A stretch of DNA of 64,000 nt, from NCBI RefSeq assembly GCF_009914755.1, contig NC_060936.1. One strand, given 5' to 3'. Made by a program: the position numbers and the translations under genes. Positions 12,805 through 28,560 of this stretch are shown in pieces; positions within the stretch are counted from its first letter, which is position 1, and each line of letters opens with the position of its first letter. Below the pieces are notes generated by a model that saw nothing but the letters and a program-made list of their open reading frames with translations, did no database searches and had not been told where the DNA came from. The stretch is from the human T2T-CHM13v2.0 reference genome, Homo sapiens.

Positions 12805-13270
12805 TGGCTCCATCATTTACCAGCTTGGGGGCCTTGGCTAGTTCCTTCAACCCTCTAAACCTCGGTTTTCTCTTCTACAAAATGGGGGTGAAGACAGTGT
12901 TTGTCTCTTGGGCTTTTCTGAGGACTACAATGAGATGATGTATAGTAAGTGTTTAGCATATGGCTGGGACATGGTCAAAGGTCGGTAAATGGTAATGATA
13001 CATGGATTATAATGGAAGTACAACATTAATCCCTTAATGCTGGCCAGGAGGTGTGGGTCAGCGATCCTGAAGACAGGGGAAGGGGCCAGTCGGGCCAGAC
13101 CACAACCACAACTACTCTTCTCAGCATGTGAATTAACTGATTGAATCTTTTTGTCCCCATGTTGCATATGAGGAAACTGAAGCACAGAGAGGTTAGTGAC
13201 TTGCCCCAGGACATACAGCCAAGAGGTAGTGGAGCCCCGATTCAAATTCTAGTCATCTGGCTCCAAGCCT
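12805..13270. mobile_element. Two oppositely oriented MIR fragments
   Basis: cctcggttttctcttctacaaaatggg (plus) and gaggaaactgaagcacagagaggttagtgacttgccc (minus). Confidence 0.75.
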
Positions 13271-13780
13271 GAGCTGGCCACCACTGTTCCATAGGGTATC
13301 TCAAGGGAAGTGTGGAAGGAGGCTCTGAGAAGAGTCTCTGGCGTGCAGAGGCAGACCTACAGCCGGCTTGCACAGCTCTGACTTCCGGACATGAGCCTCT
13401 GGAAGTCCTAGGGAAAGGTCTCAGAGCAGGTCCCTCAGGGAAGCCCACAGAATGGTTGGACTGGCCTGGTTCTTCTCAGGCCCAAGACCTTGGTACTCAG
13501 TTCTGCTCAGCCCAGCCACTGTGATTAGCACCCAAGGGTGCAATTAACTCCTTCAGAACCAAGGCTAGGGCACTAAAGGGAAGAAGTATCTCCATGTTCT
13601 GGCTTACGAGGCATTCCTCAGACCCTCAGAGAGCCTGGAGACAACTAGAGACCCAAATCCTTCCAGGGACTAGAAATAGCGGGCCCTGCACACTTATGGG
13701 AGACTCTGTGTACCCTGTTGAAGGGCAAGCTGCTTCCAACTCCCTCTCAAAGGGAATGAATTTCCCTCAATGAAACCTTC

Positions 13781-14078
13781 TTTTTTCTTTTCTTTTCTTT
13801 TTTTTTTTGAAACAGCGTCTCACTCTGTCGCCCAGACTGCTGGAGTGCAGTGGCGCGATCTCGACTCACTGGCAACCTCCACCTCCCAGGCTCAAGCAAT
13901 TCTCCTGCCTCAGCCTCCCGAGTAGCTGGGATTACAGGCGCATGCCACTACCGCCCGGCTAATTTTTTTAGTAGAGACGGGGTTTCGCTATGTTGGCCAG
14001 GCTCCTGACCTCAAATGATCTACCCACCTTGGCCTCCCAAAGTGCTGGGATTATAGGCATGAGCCACCGTACCTAGCC
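13781..14078 (-). mobile_element. AluS
   Basis: Near-full Alu; TSD ctcaatgaaaccttct / ctcaatgcaactttct. Confidence 0.95.
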
Positions 14079-14121
14079 CTCAATGCAACTTTCTAAAAAA
14101 TGCCTACTACAAATCTCTTAA

Positions 14122-15010
<889 letters not shown>

Positions 15011-16529
15011 AAACCTCTGTTGATGGCTTTAGAAGTGAGAATGATGGGTGGAAGGTAGCGACTGGAAGTGGAGGGGTGTGGGGGTGGCAGGAGGGTGGTG
15101 TGGGGCTTTTGAGAATTGGTGAAAGAAGAAAAAGCTTGAATAAATGAACAGAAATAAGTTAAAATGATAATCAAAGATCTTCCCTGCTCCCCGCAAAATA
15201 TCCCCAGGCCCAGAGAGTTTTATAGCTGATGTTAGCAAACTTTCGAGAAGTTCAGAAAAAAAGTTTACTCTTTGTTGGGGGGAGAGGGACAAATAAAACA
15301 AAAAACAGGCACATCTTCATGAACAAGATGCCATCTGAGTAGGCCCTAAAGTAAGATTTGAAGCCACGACAGCAACAACTTGGAATCCCCCAGGGAACCT
15401 TGTGTATGTCTCCTTTGCACTCATGTTGCTGCCTCCAGAAATGCCCTTCTCCACCTTGCCTCTGGTCTCAGCCCTCTGTCCCCCTTACTAAACCTGCTCT
15501 ATCACTCTGGACATCCAAGCACACAGTGAGCACTGCATAAATGTTAGCTGCTGTTGGGCTTACTTGCTTACATGTCCGAGTCCCCGGCTAATTTGTATCC
15601 CCAGTGCCTGACACCATAGCAGGTATACAAAAAATGATAGAGGAATGAACAAGGCACACAAAAAGCCTAGCAAAAGCTACATATTTACTCTAAAAAAAGC
15701 TTTCGGGCACAGCTGCTGTAGGCATGCAAACCAAGGCATCCAGGCTGCGCAGCCCCGAACCCACCCTCAAACTCTTGGCCTCGTGAAATTAGGCAACAGG
15801 GGCCCTAGGTGAGCCAGAGGGCACTGAACTTTGCCTCAAAATTAGCGCTTCCTGATATGAGCAAGGAGGTGACAGCAGCCAGAAATCGCTACCCTCCCTG
15901 CACCCAATGAAGCTGATAGAAAGCTCTGGGTCACTCAAGGCTCTAAAATGTAACATTTGTCTGGCTGTTTACTTCCCCTTTATGCAGCTCAACTACTTAG
16001 ATCCTTCTTCCTACTAGTGGGAGATGGATCCCAGTGGTGAGAAAAAAGCAAACCAAGTCCTAGAGTCTCAGGGGTCTTTAAAGCTGATCCGAGGGAAGAC
16101 AAAGATGAATAAAGATGGAGGAGGAAGAGAACAGAATTTTTCCTCCCATACTCACACAAAAAAGATCTCGAATACCCATGCTTCATCCCCAACTATCACT
16201 ACTCATGCAAACAAAGCCAGAGAAACCCCTGGATTAGCTACTGCTCTAAGAACTGACTGTGTCTTTCTCCCTCATCCATCAATCCCCTATCAGCCTTCAA
16301 ACTCAGGTCAAAATTCCATGGAGCAGGAAAGCAGGTAAGACCTGGATTCTGAGTGTGACAAACCACCATCCTCTGTGAAAAGGCCTTGCTGTGAGCCAAC
16401 AAGACCACAAGCATGAGTCAGAGCCAACAAATGGACATCTTTTGCAGCCAGTAGAGAGACAGTGAGCTTTGCCCATGAACAAAGATGACTCAGTGGAGCC
16501 GCAGAAAGGAAATCAACATTTATGGAGTA

Positions 16530-17380
16530 TTATTCTTGGAGTTATCTACAGCTGTATAACAAATTAACCCAAAACTTAGTTTAAAACAAGAAAAATTTAT
16601 TATTTCATGCTGCTTCTGTGGATCAGGAAGCTGAGAGTGGCTTGGCTGAGTGTTTCAGGGTCTTCCATGGGGTCACAGTCAAGATGTTGACCAGGGCTGC
16701 AGTCATCTGAAGGTTTGGCTGAGGCTGATAGAGTCATTTCTAAGTCAACTCATGTACGTGACTGATAAGTTAGTACATGGTTTTTGGCAAGAGGTCTGTC
16801 TCACTTCCTCACCACATTTCTGAACCTTTCCAGAGAGCTTGAGTGTCCTCACAAGATGGTGGCTGGTTTCCCAGAGAAAGTGATCCAAGAGAAAGGACAG
16901 CAGAAACCACATTTTCTTTGTTTAGAGACAGAGTCTCTGCCACCCAGCTGGAGTGCAGTGGCACAATCTCGGCTCACTGAAACCTCCACCTCTCAGGTTC
17001 AAGTGATTCTCCTGGCTCAGCCTCCCAAGTATCTGGGACTACAGGCACAGGTGCCAACACACCTGGCTAAATTTTTTTTTTTTTTTGTATTTTTAGTAGA
17101 GATAGGTTTTCACCATGCTGGCCAGGCTGGTCTAGAACTCCTGACCTCAAGTGATCCACTTGGCTCGGCCTCCCAAAGTGCTGGGATTACAGGCGTGAGC
17201 CACCACGCCCAGCCCACGCTGTCTTTTATGGGGCCTTGGAATTCACAATCTGTCATTTCCAACACCCTATAAGATACACAGGTAGCCCGATTCAGTATGG
17301 GAAGGGACTTCACAGGGGTATGACTATGGGGATGGGAGACTGAAGCCAGCCTGGAGGTGGCCGGCACAGCCACATTGTGG
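16530..17380. mobile_element. MLT1 (MaLR) LTR interrupted by AluS (16912-17214, minus)
   Basis: ctgtataacaaattaacccaaaacttag...caggaagctgagagtggcttggctg...gggctgcagtcatctgaagg. Confidence 0.75.
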
Positions 17381-18807
17381 TCTTCCTAACCCTTGATGTA
17401 GACCATCTCCTTTCAACCTCAAGACAGCCCTTGAAGGCAGGCATTTTCATTTTACAGACATAGGTTCCTGCGTACCCGCACTGACCTGAGCCTCTTGTCC
17501 AGCCTCCTTGGGGCAGAGAGAACGAATTGGTGGTGAGCCATGTAGTGAGAATATAGTTGCAGGAATCCAGGAGGAAGGAGGCTCAGGAAAAGTGGTGCAG
17601 GATTCAGCCACTCACACGGTTACCACCTTGCTACCAGGGCCAGGCCACCCAGCCACTGGTGGCCTTACAGAAACAGCAAGGAGCATCTGCTCTCTCGGTT
17701 CTGCCACCTTGCCCCTCCCGAGGTGCCTGGCTTCACAGCAGGATTGCCGTCCTGCAGCCAGTTCATTAGGTGGCCCCCTGTGCAAGGTGCCTAAGCGATC
17801 TGTGGCTGCAGGTGCCACCTCATGGGGTTCGCAATTTATAGTCACTCAGAGGCAGAGGACACAGGTGAAGAAGGCGTCAGTCCCACCAGCTACCAAAGCT
17901 GCCTTGTCTCGCAGGAAAACATGACTGAGGCTTATCAATTTCCCCCATTTCATTCTCACCACCACTGACAGGGAAGAAGAACTGATTAAGTCCATAAATC
18001 TAATTTCTCCACCTAGGGCTGGATGGTTCTCAAGGACGGTTATTCCTCCTCTGCACAGGCCTGGGGTGGGGGTGCTGAGTGAGGGTCATGGAATTGAGAC
18101 AGAAGTTGGTATCACCACCCCCAGGACCAAATCCATTTCCCTATGGCACAAAGGCAGAGAGGTGCATTTGAGCACTACAAGCACTAGGGTCAGCTTTGCT
18201 GATATTTTGGAAGAGGCAATGACATTATGACTCCCAGATGGGCCACACTGATACACACTGGAAAGCACCTTCCCGCTGTCACCCAGAGCATATAGGAGCC
18301 TGGCCTGAGTTTCTACACAGAATATGTGTAGAAACACATTTTTGGGCTGCCTCATGATATAGAGAAGACCTTGGCCTTGGAGAATCAGAGCTGTCCTGAT
18401 CCATTTCCAAGCTGTGAGACCTCCTTGCACCCTGAGTCCTCATCTCTCACCCTGCCTTGTGGGGCTGATTCAAGGGGGAAGTGGTATGATGTGCACAGAG
18501 GCCCCAGCACAGCACTCACCAGGGGGAAGAGAGTCAACACTGAGCTGTTTCTCCATTCTTCCTTGCCCTCTTGCTTTGTTTTGAAAACTGAGGGATCCCT
18601 GGAGTAAGGTGGCCCAGCAGAGAAATCCCCCAAAGAGCGTTCTGCACCTACACACTGGAGTGGGTACGACAGGCCCCACTTGGATGCTACAGACTGTTTC
18701 CTGCAACCCCTGGGTCCAGCCTTGGGCCCAAGAACCAAGGATTGGCTCTGGGGTGGCCCAGCAGAAAGCTGAGCAGGGCAGTTAATTTTAATAAAAGGAC
18801 TCCAGTC

Positions 18808-18940
18808 TGGCACCATGGCTCACGCCTGTAATCCCAACACTTTGGGAGGCCCAGGCAGGAGGATGGCTTGAGGCCGAGTATGAGACCAGCCTAGGCAACA
18901 TAGTGAAACCTTATCTCTATTTTTTCAAAACAAACAAAAA
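18808..18940 (+). mobile_element. FLAM monomer
   Basis: Single left arm; TSD aaaaggactcca. Confidence 0.85.
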
Positions 18941-19514
18941 GGACTCCATCCTCTGGAAAGCATTGCCACACTGCAGCCTCAAACAGGATTACTAAATCGC
19001 TGTTTGAAAAGACAAAGCAAGATTAAACAAATACTTAACTGCCCTCATCCTCATCCCAGGTCTGTCATCAGTCAGGCTAATCTAGTCTTGCTGGGTTCCC
19101 AGATCGGCCCAAAAGGCTCCTCAAGGCTTTATCTTCTCCTCAAAGCAGGGCCTCAGGCCAGACATGGCTGGCTCCCCAGGTTCGGCCTGCGGACCTGCGG
19201 CCTCCTCTAGCAGAGCCACCTCTGCCTTTGCCATGCCCTCTCCTAACCCATCCTAGGTCTCCGAAAGAGTGAGGAAAAACTGCCAGAAAACTGGAAATAA
19301 ATCCTCTCCTTCCTGATCTCTGCAACTCCTTCTCCCTCTCAGTGGCTGCTCAAAGGAAGGACATTGCCTCCCTACCTCGACCTCTCCCCCGAGCCCCTGG
19401 AGCCCCTCTGGGAAGCTACAGTTTATGCCGCTTACAGTCACTTCTGTATTGTCCTCTGACCCCCTCGCCAACTGAGAACTGTGTTTGAGATGTAAAAGCA
19501 CCCTTTAAAAATGC

Positions 19515-20043
19515 ACTTGTGATCCATGGATGTGTGGATTGACAAAATGTGGTCTTATACACACAGTGGAAGATGATTGCACCATGAGAAGGAATGAAGC
19601 TCAGATGCATGCTCCTACATGAACTTGAAATCATGATGCTCAGTGGAAGAAACCAGACACAAAATGCCACATGGTGTGTCACTCCGTTCATAAGAAATGT
19701 CCATGATAGGCAAATCCAGAGATAGAAAGTAGATTAGTGGTTGCCAGGGGCTGGGGGTTTGGGGACAAATGAGGGATAACATCCATCGAGGAGCTCATTT
19801 TTGGTGTGATGAAAATGTTTTTTTAAAAAAACCTTTATTTATTTTTACACATTGTAAGAGAATAGAAGAAAATGTTCTAAAATTAACTGTGGTGTTCATT
19901 ATACAACTCTGTGAACATACTAGAAACCATTGAATTGTACACTTTCAATGGGTGAATTGTATGGTATGTGAACTATATCTCAATAGAGCTGTTATTTAAA
20001 AATACACACACGCACACACACACACGCGCACACACACACACAC
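19515..20043 (+). mobile_element. L1MB 3' end followed by (CA)n
   Basis: gacaaaatgtggtc...ccattgaattgtacactt...atctcaatagagctg, then CA/CG array 20004-20043. Confidence 0.85.
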
Positions 20044-23000
20044 CTTGAAATAATCATCTGTAATCAACAGAGTCTGGCCGCTGCAGTGGAGCCACCCCCT
20101 GCTCCTGAGCCCCTTCCTCCTGCCACTCGGCAGCCCCTCCAGAGCCAACCTCCCACTCCCCTCAACCTGAAGTACTGACTCTGGGGGCCAGCCCTGGGAG
20201 GGAGAACAAGCAAAAGATTCAGCCCCTATCCCAAACTCTGAGGATGGAGCTAGAGGCCACAGAAGACAGGCTGTTGCAGCCCAGGAGAGACTGCTCTTCC
20301 ATGGCTTTAATACCTCCAACCCTGAGACCAGAAGCCACAAGACACCAACATTCAGTTGGTTTGTGAATGACTGTGAGGAACCTGGAGTCTATGGAAGGAC
20401 ACAGAGCCAGGAGGCCTGGGCCAGAGCCCAACACCACCAGAACCCCCTGGGCAGAGGCATCCCCACCCACACTCTTAGGATCAGCCCCCTCATCTCAGGG
20501 ACAAAGCTGGGGATCCCAGTGAGAGGCCCCTCAGGCTGGGCTCGGAGGCTGCGGCTGGCCCAGTGCAGCAGGCCTGGGGATGCTATGTGGCTGTGAGAAA
20601 GGCCTGGTTAGGGGCCACATGGACACAAAGCATCGTCAAACACTCCAGGTGTCACTGGGCCATGGCAGCTGCTTCTCTTGTGGCACTGCTGGCTTGGCCA
20701 ACAGAGCCAGGTGACACATTTCAGGAATACTTGTCTTATTTGAGCCTCACCAGTACAGGGCTGGCTGTAGACTTAAAAGGGGCTGACCAAGGTGACAGGT
20801 CTGCCAGCCAGAGGAATGGAACTCAAGTGGTGCAGGGGATCCCAGAACACCAGGAAGCCAGTCCAAGGCTCTCAGAGAGCTCAGGCAGGCTCCTGGGAGG
20901 TGACTCCGGCTGACCTCGGAAAGGCCCCATGTCTTCACCCAGCAGGCTGAAGCGGAGCCCAGCCAAGGCCTGTGATCCTGTGCTTCCTGCCAGGCTTGTC
21001 CTCCGGCGCATCAGGCTCACCCACAATGCCATGGAAGTCTCCATCATCTGCTCTGCCCCAGGAAAGCGGACTTAGTCCTCTGGGGACGTTACCCAAATAG
21101 CTGCCTCCAACTCTGGCCATAAAGCCAGGAACTTGGGAAGCTGGTAATTGGAGAAACTCTTCTCCTCCCCCACAGGACCATAAATTACCGTCCTCCATCT
21201 GCACAGATGCATCAAAGGCCCAGACAGCCTTCTCCGAAACCAAGCACAGGCAGTGGGGTGGGGTCCCTCCACCTCCTAGAAGCAGCTCCCAGGTGGGGCC
21301 GAGGGCAGGGAAGGCCAGGTTCCCATCTAAGAATCGAAGGCCTTGGACTGACCGACCTCCTGGCTCTGACCCCACGTCTGACTCATAGTTGGGAACAAAC
21401 ATCACATCTACCCCCAGGGCAAGACTGCAGCCACACAACCTCTCCTTTCTTCACTCTATTTATCAGTACACCCTCGCAGAACCACAGACACGTGAAAATA
21501 TTTATATGATCAGATTAACTTCTGGGCTTCGTGGCGCACTGAAGCAAGCATGTTTATCCTTCCCTCATACAACACTTTTTCTTTGGTCACTTCTTTTTCG
21601 GGGCACTGGGGCTCACAGCACGGCAGTGCGTCCACATTAGGGTGGCTGCTGGGGATCCAAGACTCTCCACTCCACCATCCTTGCACAGCAGGCTGATTCA
21701 GGGCTTGGAACGTGGTGAGGGGGCCCAGGGGAATGGGCTGCTCCCCTGGGGAGTCGGTTATCTCTGCTCCAGACCCTGGCTTTTGGCAGTAGCCAAGCTT
21801 GCTGGACAGTCGCCCCTGTGGTGACAGGGAGAGCTAAGCAAATCAGAACCGATGGCCCTGTGCTGGGCACAGATCCCGCTTGGCAGCCCCTGCTGACGAT
21901 TGCTCTGCGCTGCCATCTTTAGAAACAATCATTTCTTGGGCGTGCACCCACATGTGTACATCTCGATTTTACAGGCTCTGTTAAAGCGCAAAGATCTTTC
22001 AGGTACTCAACAAAGCAAGATGTCGTGATGTTGCCACCAGCCTGCCCCCTCCTCCCCCCGCCTCCGACCTGTCACCCAGATGAAGTGAGACGAAGTGTCT
22101 TCCAATACACACATCGGAGTGTGTCACTTCTCTGAGTAAAGGCCCTCAACGCTCCCCTTGGGTTTCAAGGCGACATCTAAGCTCCTTAACTAGGGCACGA
22201 GGCCCCCAACCTGGTCCTCCCTGCAGCTCAGCCCCAGCCAGACTCTCACAGACAGGAGCCCATGGGGCTCCTCCTGCCTCGGGGCCATTGTGAAGGCGGT
22301 TCCCTCTACCAGGAAGACTCTCCCTTGTTTACACGCAACCCTGCCTCCTGTGTCGTGTGAACTCAGCACCCCACAGGATCTAAACCAAGCGTCAGCACCT
22401 GAGGCTCCCTTCATGGGCTCCACGCCCCAGTGGCAGACCCCCCCAACCCCACTTCCACAAGGCTTGGCACTATCGTAAGGATCATCACCGCCCATGACTG
22501 ATGCCTGTGATGGCCTGAGAGCTCCTTGAGAGTGGGGGCTGGAATTGATTCACTTCTGCAGCCCTGTAGCTCAGAGCCCACACTCAGGGCTGAATGATGG
22601 ATCCATACACATGTCGCCTGCTCAGGGAGCCAAAGTGGCCCCGTGGCTTGTCCCCTGAAGCCCTAAAGCACCAGGAATACATTGGGAATTGGGACAGGGG
22701 GACAGACCCCTCCTTTGAGGGACTAGCCCCGCTCCCATGTGATGGCAGCTCAATCTCCATCTGTAGCCAGCAAGCACACCCAGGCACCATTTATTTACGC
22801 AATATTAACACATGCCCTGCTTGCATGCCCCAGCTCTTGGCCCTGGTTAAATGAGGCCACAGAAGAGGAATGGGCTCGCGGGAAGCCACTTCCCATGATT
22901 GGTGACTGCACAGCAACCATATTTTATTCACGGTGAGTTCCTGGGATTCTTGCCAGCTTACCGACTTCAATCCTTTTCCATGAAAAGTGTGTCTTGGGCA

Positions 23001-23552
23001 TGCGTTCTGTTCCTCACCCAATGCCAGAATCTGCTTCTAGCTAGGAAGAGGCAGTGGGAAGATGGGGAGGGGGGCGAGGAATGAGAGAGAACCCAAAAGG
23101 ACATGGAGAAGGAAGAAAGAGGGAGGAAGGTGTGAGGAAGGAGCAGAGAGGAACAGGGAAGGAGACAGCCACAGGCCCGGGGGCATCTGGAATCCCTCCC
23201 CCTGCACCACTAGCCTAAACAAGGGTCCCAACACCAGCCAGCCTGGGCTGAGCAGTGAGGACCTGGAACCAGAAGACAAAGCTGTACTCTTGTCAAGAGG
23301 AGGGATCCAGGCAGGGCAGAAGCAGAAAAAAGACACAGGAAGGTGGCTTGTGGAAGTCAGGAGCCACCCAGCAGGATGGCAGGCTGGCCATAGAATCCTC
23401 CAGGCCCAGCAGGTCTCCCCGGCCCCTCTGCAGCAAAAACGAGGCCCAGGGAAGCTAGAGGAACTAAAGGATGCTGGACTGGTGCCACTGTGCTTAGTGC
23501 AACACAGCTGTCCCCAGGACTCCCCAGAGTGGGGCCACCCTGCCATCTCTCT

Positions 23553-23918
<366 letters not shown>

Positions 23919-24964
23919 TAAGGGGGAAAGACTTTCAGCAGCCCACTTTTCTGCACAGTCCTCAAGAGGCCAGCACCTCCTTTCCTCTCCTTGGCAGACC
24001 CTCCCTCGCTCCTCTACCCTCGACCCCACAGGCACAAGTGAGCTGTGGCTGGGAGTCAGGAAGGGAGATTGTCTTTCTTAAGGCACGCACATGCTCAGCA
24101 GTGATGGCATGGATGGGGAGGGGTTCCAGCAGACTTATTTATAGCCAAGCAGCCTGTCCGCACGCTCTCCAGTGCAGCCTGCCTCACTTGCCTGCCTGCC
24201 TGCCTTCCTTGCCTGCCTGTCTGCCTTCCACTGGGGTTTTTCAATCTGTGCCTATATTTATCGCCCAAAGCCGCTGGGATAATGGCAAGGCCAGAAATAG
24301 CCTTGAAGACATTCACGTGAAGATGACGGGCAGGTCCCCAGCTCCTGGGCTGACCTCGCCCCTACATCTGCCACTTGGCAGTGGGTATGAGGAACAGCTG
24401 GACAGAGCTCGGAAAGCGGCTGCAGCCAGATGGGAACAACATAATCCTCCTTTCTCTGCTGGCCTTGGCCCTCTGTAGTGATGCAGGGGACATGTCGAAA
24501 ATGATACATCACAGCCGCCAGGCCACAGGGAGACCAAAGGTGACAGAGATTCCTGACGTCAGTGTGCTAATCAGAGCAGACAGTCCAGAGAAAGAGAGAA
24601 GAATCAAAGGCAGCAGCACAGCCTCACAGAAAGCAGGTCACCCCCAGCACCCAGGTTGCAGGGAGATGCTCTCCTGCCTGGCTTCTTGCACCTGTACAAC
24701 GGAATCATGGGCCCATTTCCCATTTCTGTCCTCTGGGATGAGCGCTGGCCCACAGGCTCTGGGAGATGCTCTCAAGGGAACAAGGATTTGGGTCCTAAAG
24801 AGGCCTGGAATGGGTTGGGGCTCATGGGAGGAGGAAGAAGGTGCCAGATGTAAGTCAGGACCAGGACGGGGAGCTAGACATCTAGGCAGGATGGAGGGTG
24901 TCAGGGACCACCAGCCAGAGCCCTATCATAGGAGGGCAGCAGTACGAGATAAGAAACATGTGCA

Positions 24965-25210
24965 GGCCAGGCACAGTGGCTCAAACCTGTAATCCCAGCA
25001 CTTTGGGAAACTGTGGGAGGATCACATGAGTTCAGGAGTTCAAGACCAGGCTGGGCAACATAGTAAGACTCTGTCTCTACAAAAAGAGAACAATTTTTTT
25101 TAATTAGCCAGGCATGGTGGCCTGCATCTATAGTCCCAGCTACTCCAGAGGCATAGGCAGGAGGATTGCTTGAGCCCAGGAGTTCAAGGCTGCAGTCAGC
25201 TAATATGCAA
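24965..25210 (+). mobile_element. AluJ, 3'-truncated
   Basis: Alu similarity stops after ggctgcagtcagc; no tail. Confidence 0.85.
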
Positions 25211-26744
25211 ATGGAGAAGAGGAAGCGCCTCCTAATTAGAAGCAAACAAACAGATGCCACAGAGACAGCCACAAGGTTGGCGAGTGAGTCCCCCGAATCC
25301 CACGGGCTCCCAAGTGTCCACTCCTGAGAGCTGAGCTCAGGGGCCGGCTTCCTTCCCAGCCCAATCTCCATCCTGCCAGCCTTTGTCTCTGTACTTCAAG
25401 AACCTGAAACTTCTCAGCACTCCCCAAAGATACCATGCACTTTGAGTACTGAAGGCTCATTCTGGTCCGTCTGCCTTTCCCCCTTTACTCCTGATAAACT
25501 CCTCCATATCCTTCAAAGCCCATTTGAAATGCTCCCTCTTGTATGAAATCTTCTCCATCAGATGTCAGCTGCTGCCTTCTCTCTGCTCTAGCTGCACTCT
25601 GTGCCTCCCTTCTGTGCATGTGCTATGCATTCTAACATGTGTCTATACCCCCATCCCAGGGGCTGAGTTCCCCTTCCTCACTGGATCTCTGATTCAGTGG
25701 GCACAGCAAGCACCTGCCAGATAAGGGAGGCAACTGATTCCCTCCTTCACGCTCACCCAGAACTGTCGATTTTGCTGAAAAAAAAAATATATATCTTTTT
25801 TTTTAAAGAATGAAACCTCATACCAGGACTCCCTTTGGAGATGAGGGCAAAGGCAAGTCTGGCTCTCTGAATCTGCCTCCCTATGTTCCTCGGAGAACAC
25901 CCAGCACAGCAAGATTGGGAAGCTACTGTTCTGCCAGGGCTTGACTGGCGGGACAAGTGGGATACTCCTCTACAGAGAGGGAGGAGGCCCACCTTTGTGC
26001 CTGTGGGCTGACGAAGCCCTGGGGGCTCTGGGCCCTACCTGCAGCACTGGCAGACTTCCCACAAGCTCCTGGTCTGAACATCATCTCCTTCCACATGGCC
26101 GATCATAGAGCAGGAGCCCAGTGCAGAGGAAAACTAGGCATGTAGCTAAGGGCTGGGTTAACCTTCTCTGTGCTACTGTTTTTTTAATGACCCAAACAGC
26201 TCCTGGCTCCTGGATGCCTGGCTCCAGGTCCCACTGTGTGCCTGGGTTCAGATGCCTATCCATGCTGGCACTGTTCCAAGTCCCACCTACAGCCTCTCAG
26301 ATCCCACAGCTGGCGCACTATCCTTAGGAAGCCCCTCCAGCTGAGGAGAGAGATGCACAGATGTGCCAGGCACTGACAGCCTGGGAGGCCTATTCCCAGG
26401 GGCAATCAGAAGACTAGAAAGCACTGAAAGAGGCAGTGCCCTGTAAGGACAGCTCTACATCCACAGAAAACACCACTAACAGAGCACCCAGGTGTGCAGG
26501 CATCCATGCCCGGGGGAAGTAAGAATTGCAGGTGACACGCGCACAGCCTACTCCGCAGACACCTACTCCTTTCTTCCACATGACCATATGCAGTAAGGAC
26601 TAATAAGGTCTGCATTTCACAGAAGAAGAAACTGAGGTGCAGTGAGTTGAGGGGACTTGCCCAAGGTGTCCCAGGCAGTTAGGTTCTGGAACCTGCATTA
26701 ACCACACTATACAATTCTCCATGCAGATAAAACAATGTGCAACG

Positions 26745-27320
<576 letters not shown>

Positions 27321-28318
27321 CCATTCTTCTTCTCTATGAGAAAAGACTGAGACCCAGTCAGACTCACCTGAGGCAGGAACAGTATCTAACGCCACCCCTT
27401 CCACTGTGTTTCTATAACTCCATATAACGTCTATAACTCCCTGGTTCCAGAAGCCTTTCCTGACTTCACATACGAAGGAACTGATCATTCCACGTGCCCC
27501 ATTCCCCACACATACCCCACACTGACATTGATCAGAGAGCTCTGCCAGCCAGGTGCATGGCCACCTTTCCCAGGCAGCTGCAAGTGCCAGGAGCCACTCC
27601 TATTTGTTTTAGGGAAGGAACATTCTTTATTGAGCACCTAATAAGTGCCTGACACAGTGCACAGGCACTCTGTACTGGTTTTCTTATTTGTTTTCTTTCC
27701 TTTGGTCAAAGTTTTTTCAAACCTAGGCCATTTTGGGGAGATGCTTTAATGCTTCAAAAACACACACTTATGACCTCAAATATCCCCTTGCAGTGGGACA
27801 TAGCATGGGCTGACCCTGGGCCAACCTGTGATGCAGGACAAGGTCCCTCCTGCCGAGATGCCACCTCCCCACTCCTCTCTCACTGTCATCAACTTGCCCT
27901 GCTTCTTGTTTCTATTAATAAACATATCCACAGCGAAGTATCAAAGAGTGAATGCAACATGTTTCCCAAGAGTATTTATCATTTGAATGAAAACTAGAAA
28001 GACGGCAATGCTTGACTAAAAGGAATAAGGGACCAATAGTAAAATTTCAGGCACTGGAGGGATAATGAAGAAATGGTTCTCCTTCCCAAGCCCCTCAAAG
28101 CACAAACCTTATTTATTTTTACGTCCAGCACATAGTGCAGCTCAGGCACACAGACGGTACTTAGTAAATGTTCGTCATGTGTTAAGTGGCCTACTTAAGG
28201 CCACTCCTCCCATCTGGGAACCAGCCCCCTAGAAAGCTGTAGTGCAAGCTCCATGGGGACAAACCATCAAGTTCCCTTTTCTTGGGGGTGGTGGAGTGAG
28301 TTCTAAAACCCACCACCA

Positions 28319-28560
28319 GTCCGGCATGGTGGCTCATGCCTGTAATTCCAGCACTTTGAGAGGCCAAGATGGGAGGATCACTTGAGGAAAGGAGTTTGAG
28401 ACCAGCCCAGGCAACATAGCGAGATCCCATCTCTACATAAAATTAAAAAATTAGCTGGGTGTGGTGTGCGTCTGTGACATGCAAGTTCGAGACTGCAGTG
28501 AGCTAAGATTGTACCACCGTACTCCAGCCTGGGTGACAGAGTGATCTTGTCTCTAAAAAA
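28319..28560 (+). mobile_element. AluJ with internal deletion
   Basis: Both arms present; right arm shortened. Confidence 0.85.

Noticed and set aside
15236-15260. Heat-shock-element-like TTC/GAA repeats
   Set aside because: Spacing does not give three correctly phased nGAAn units.
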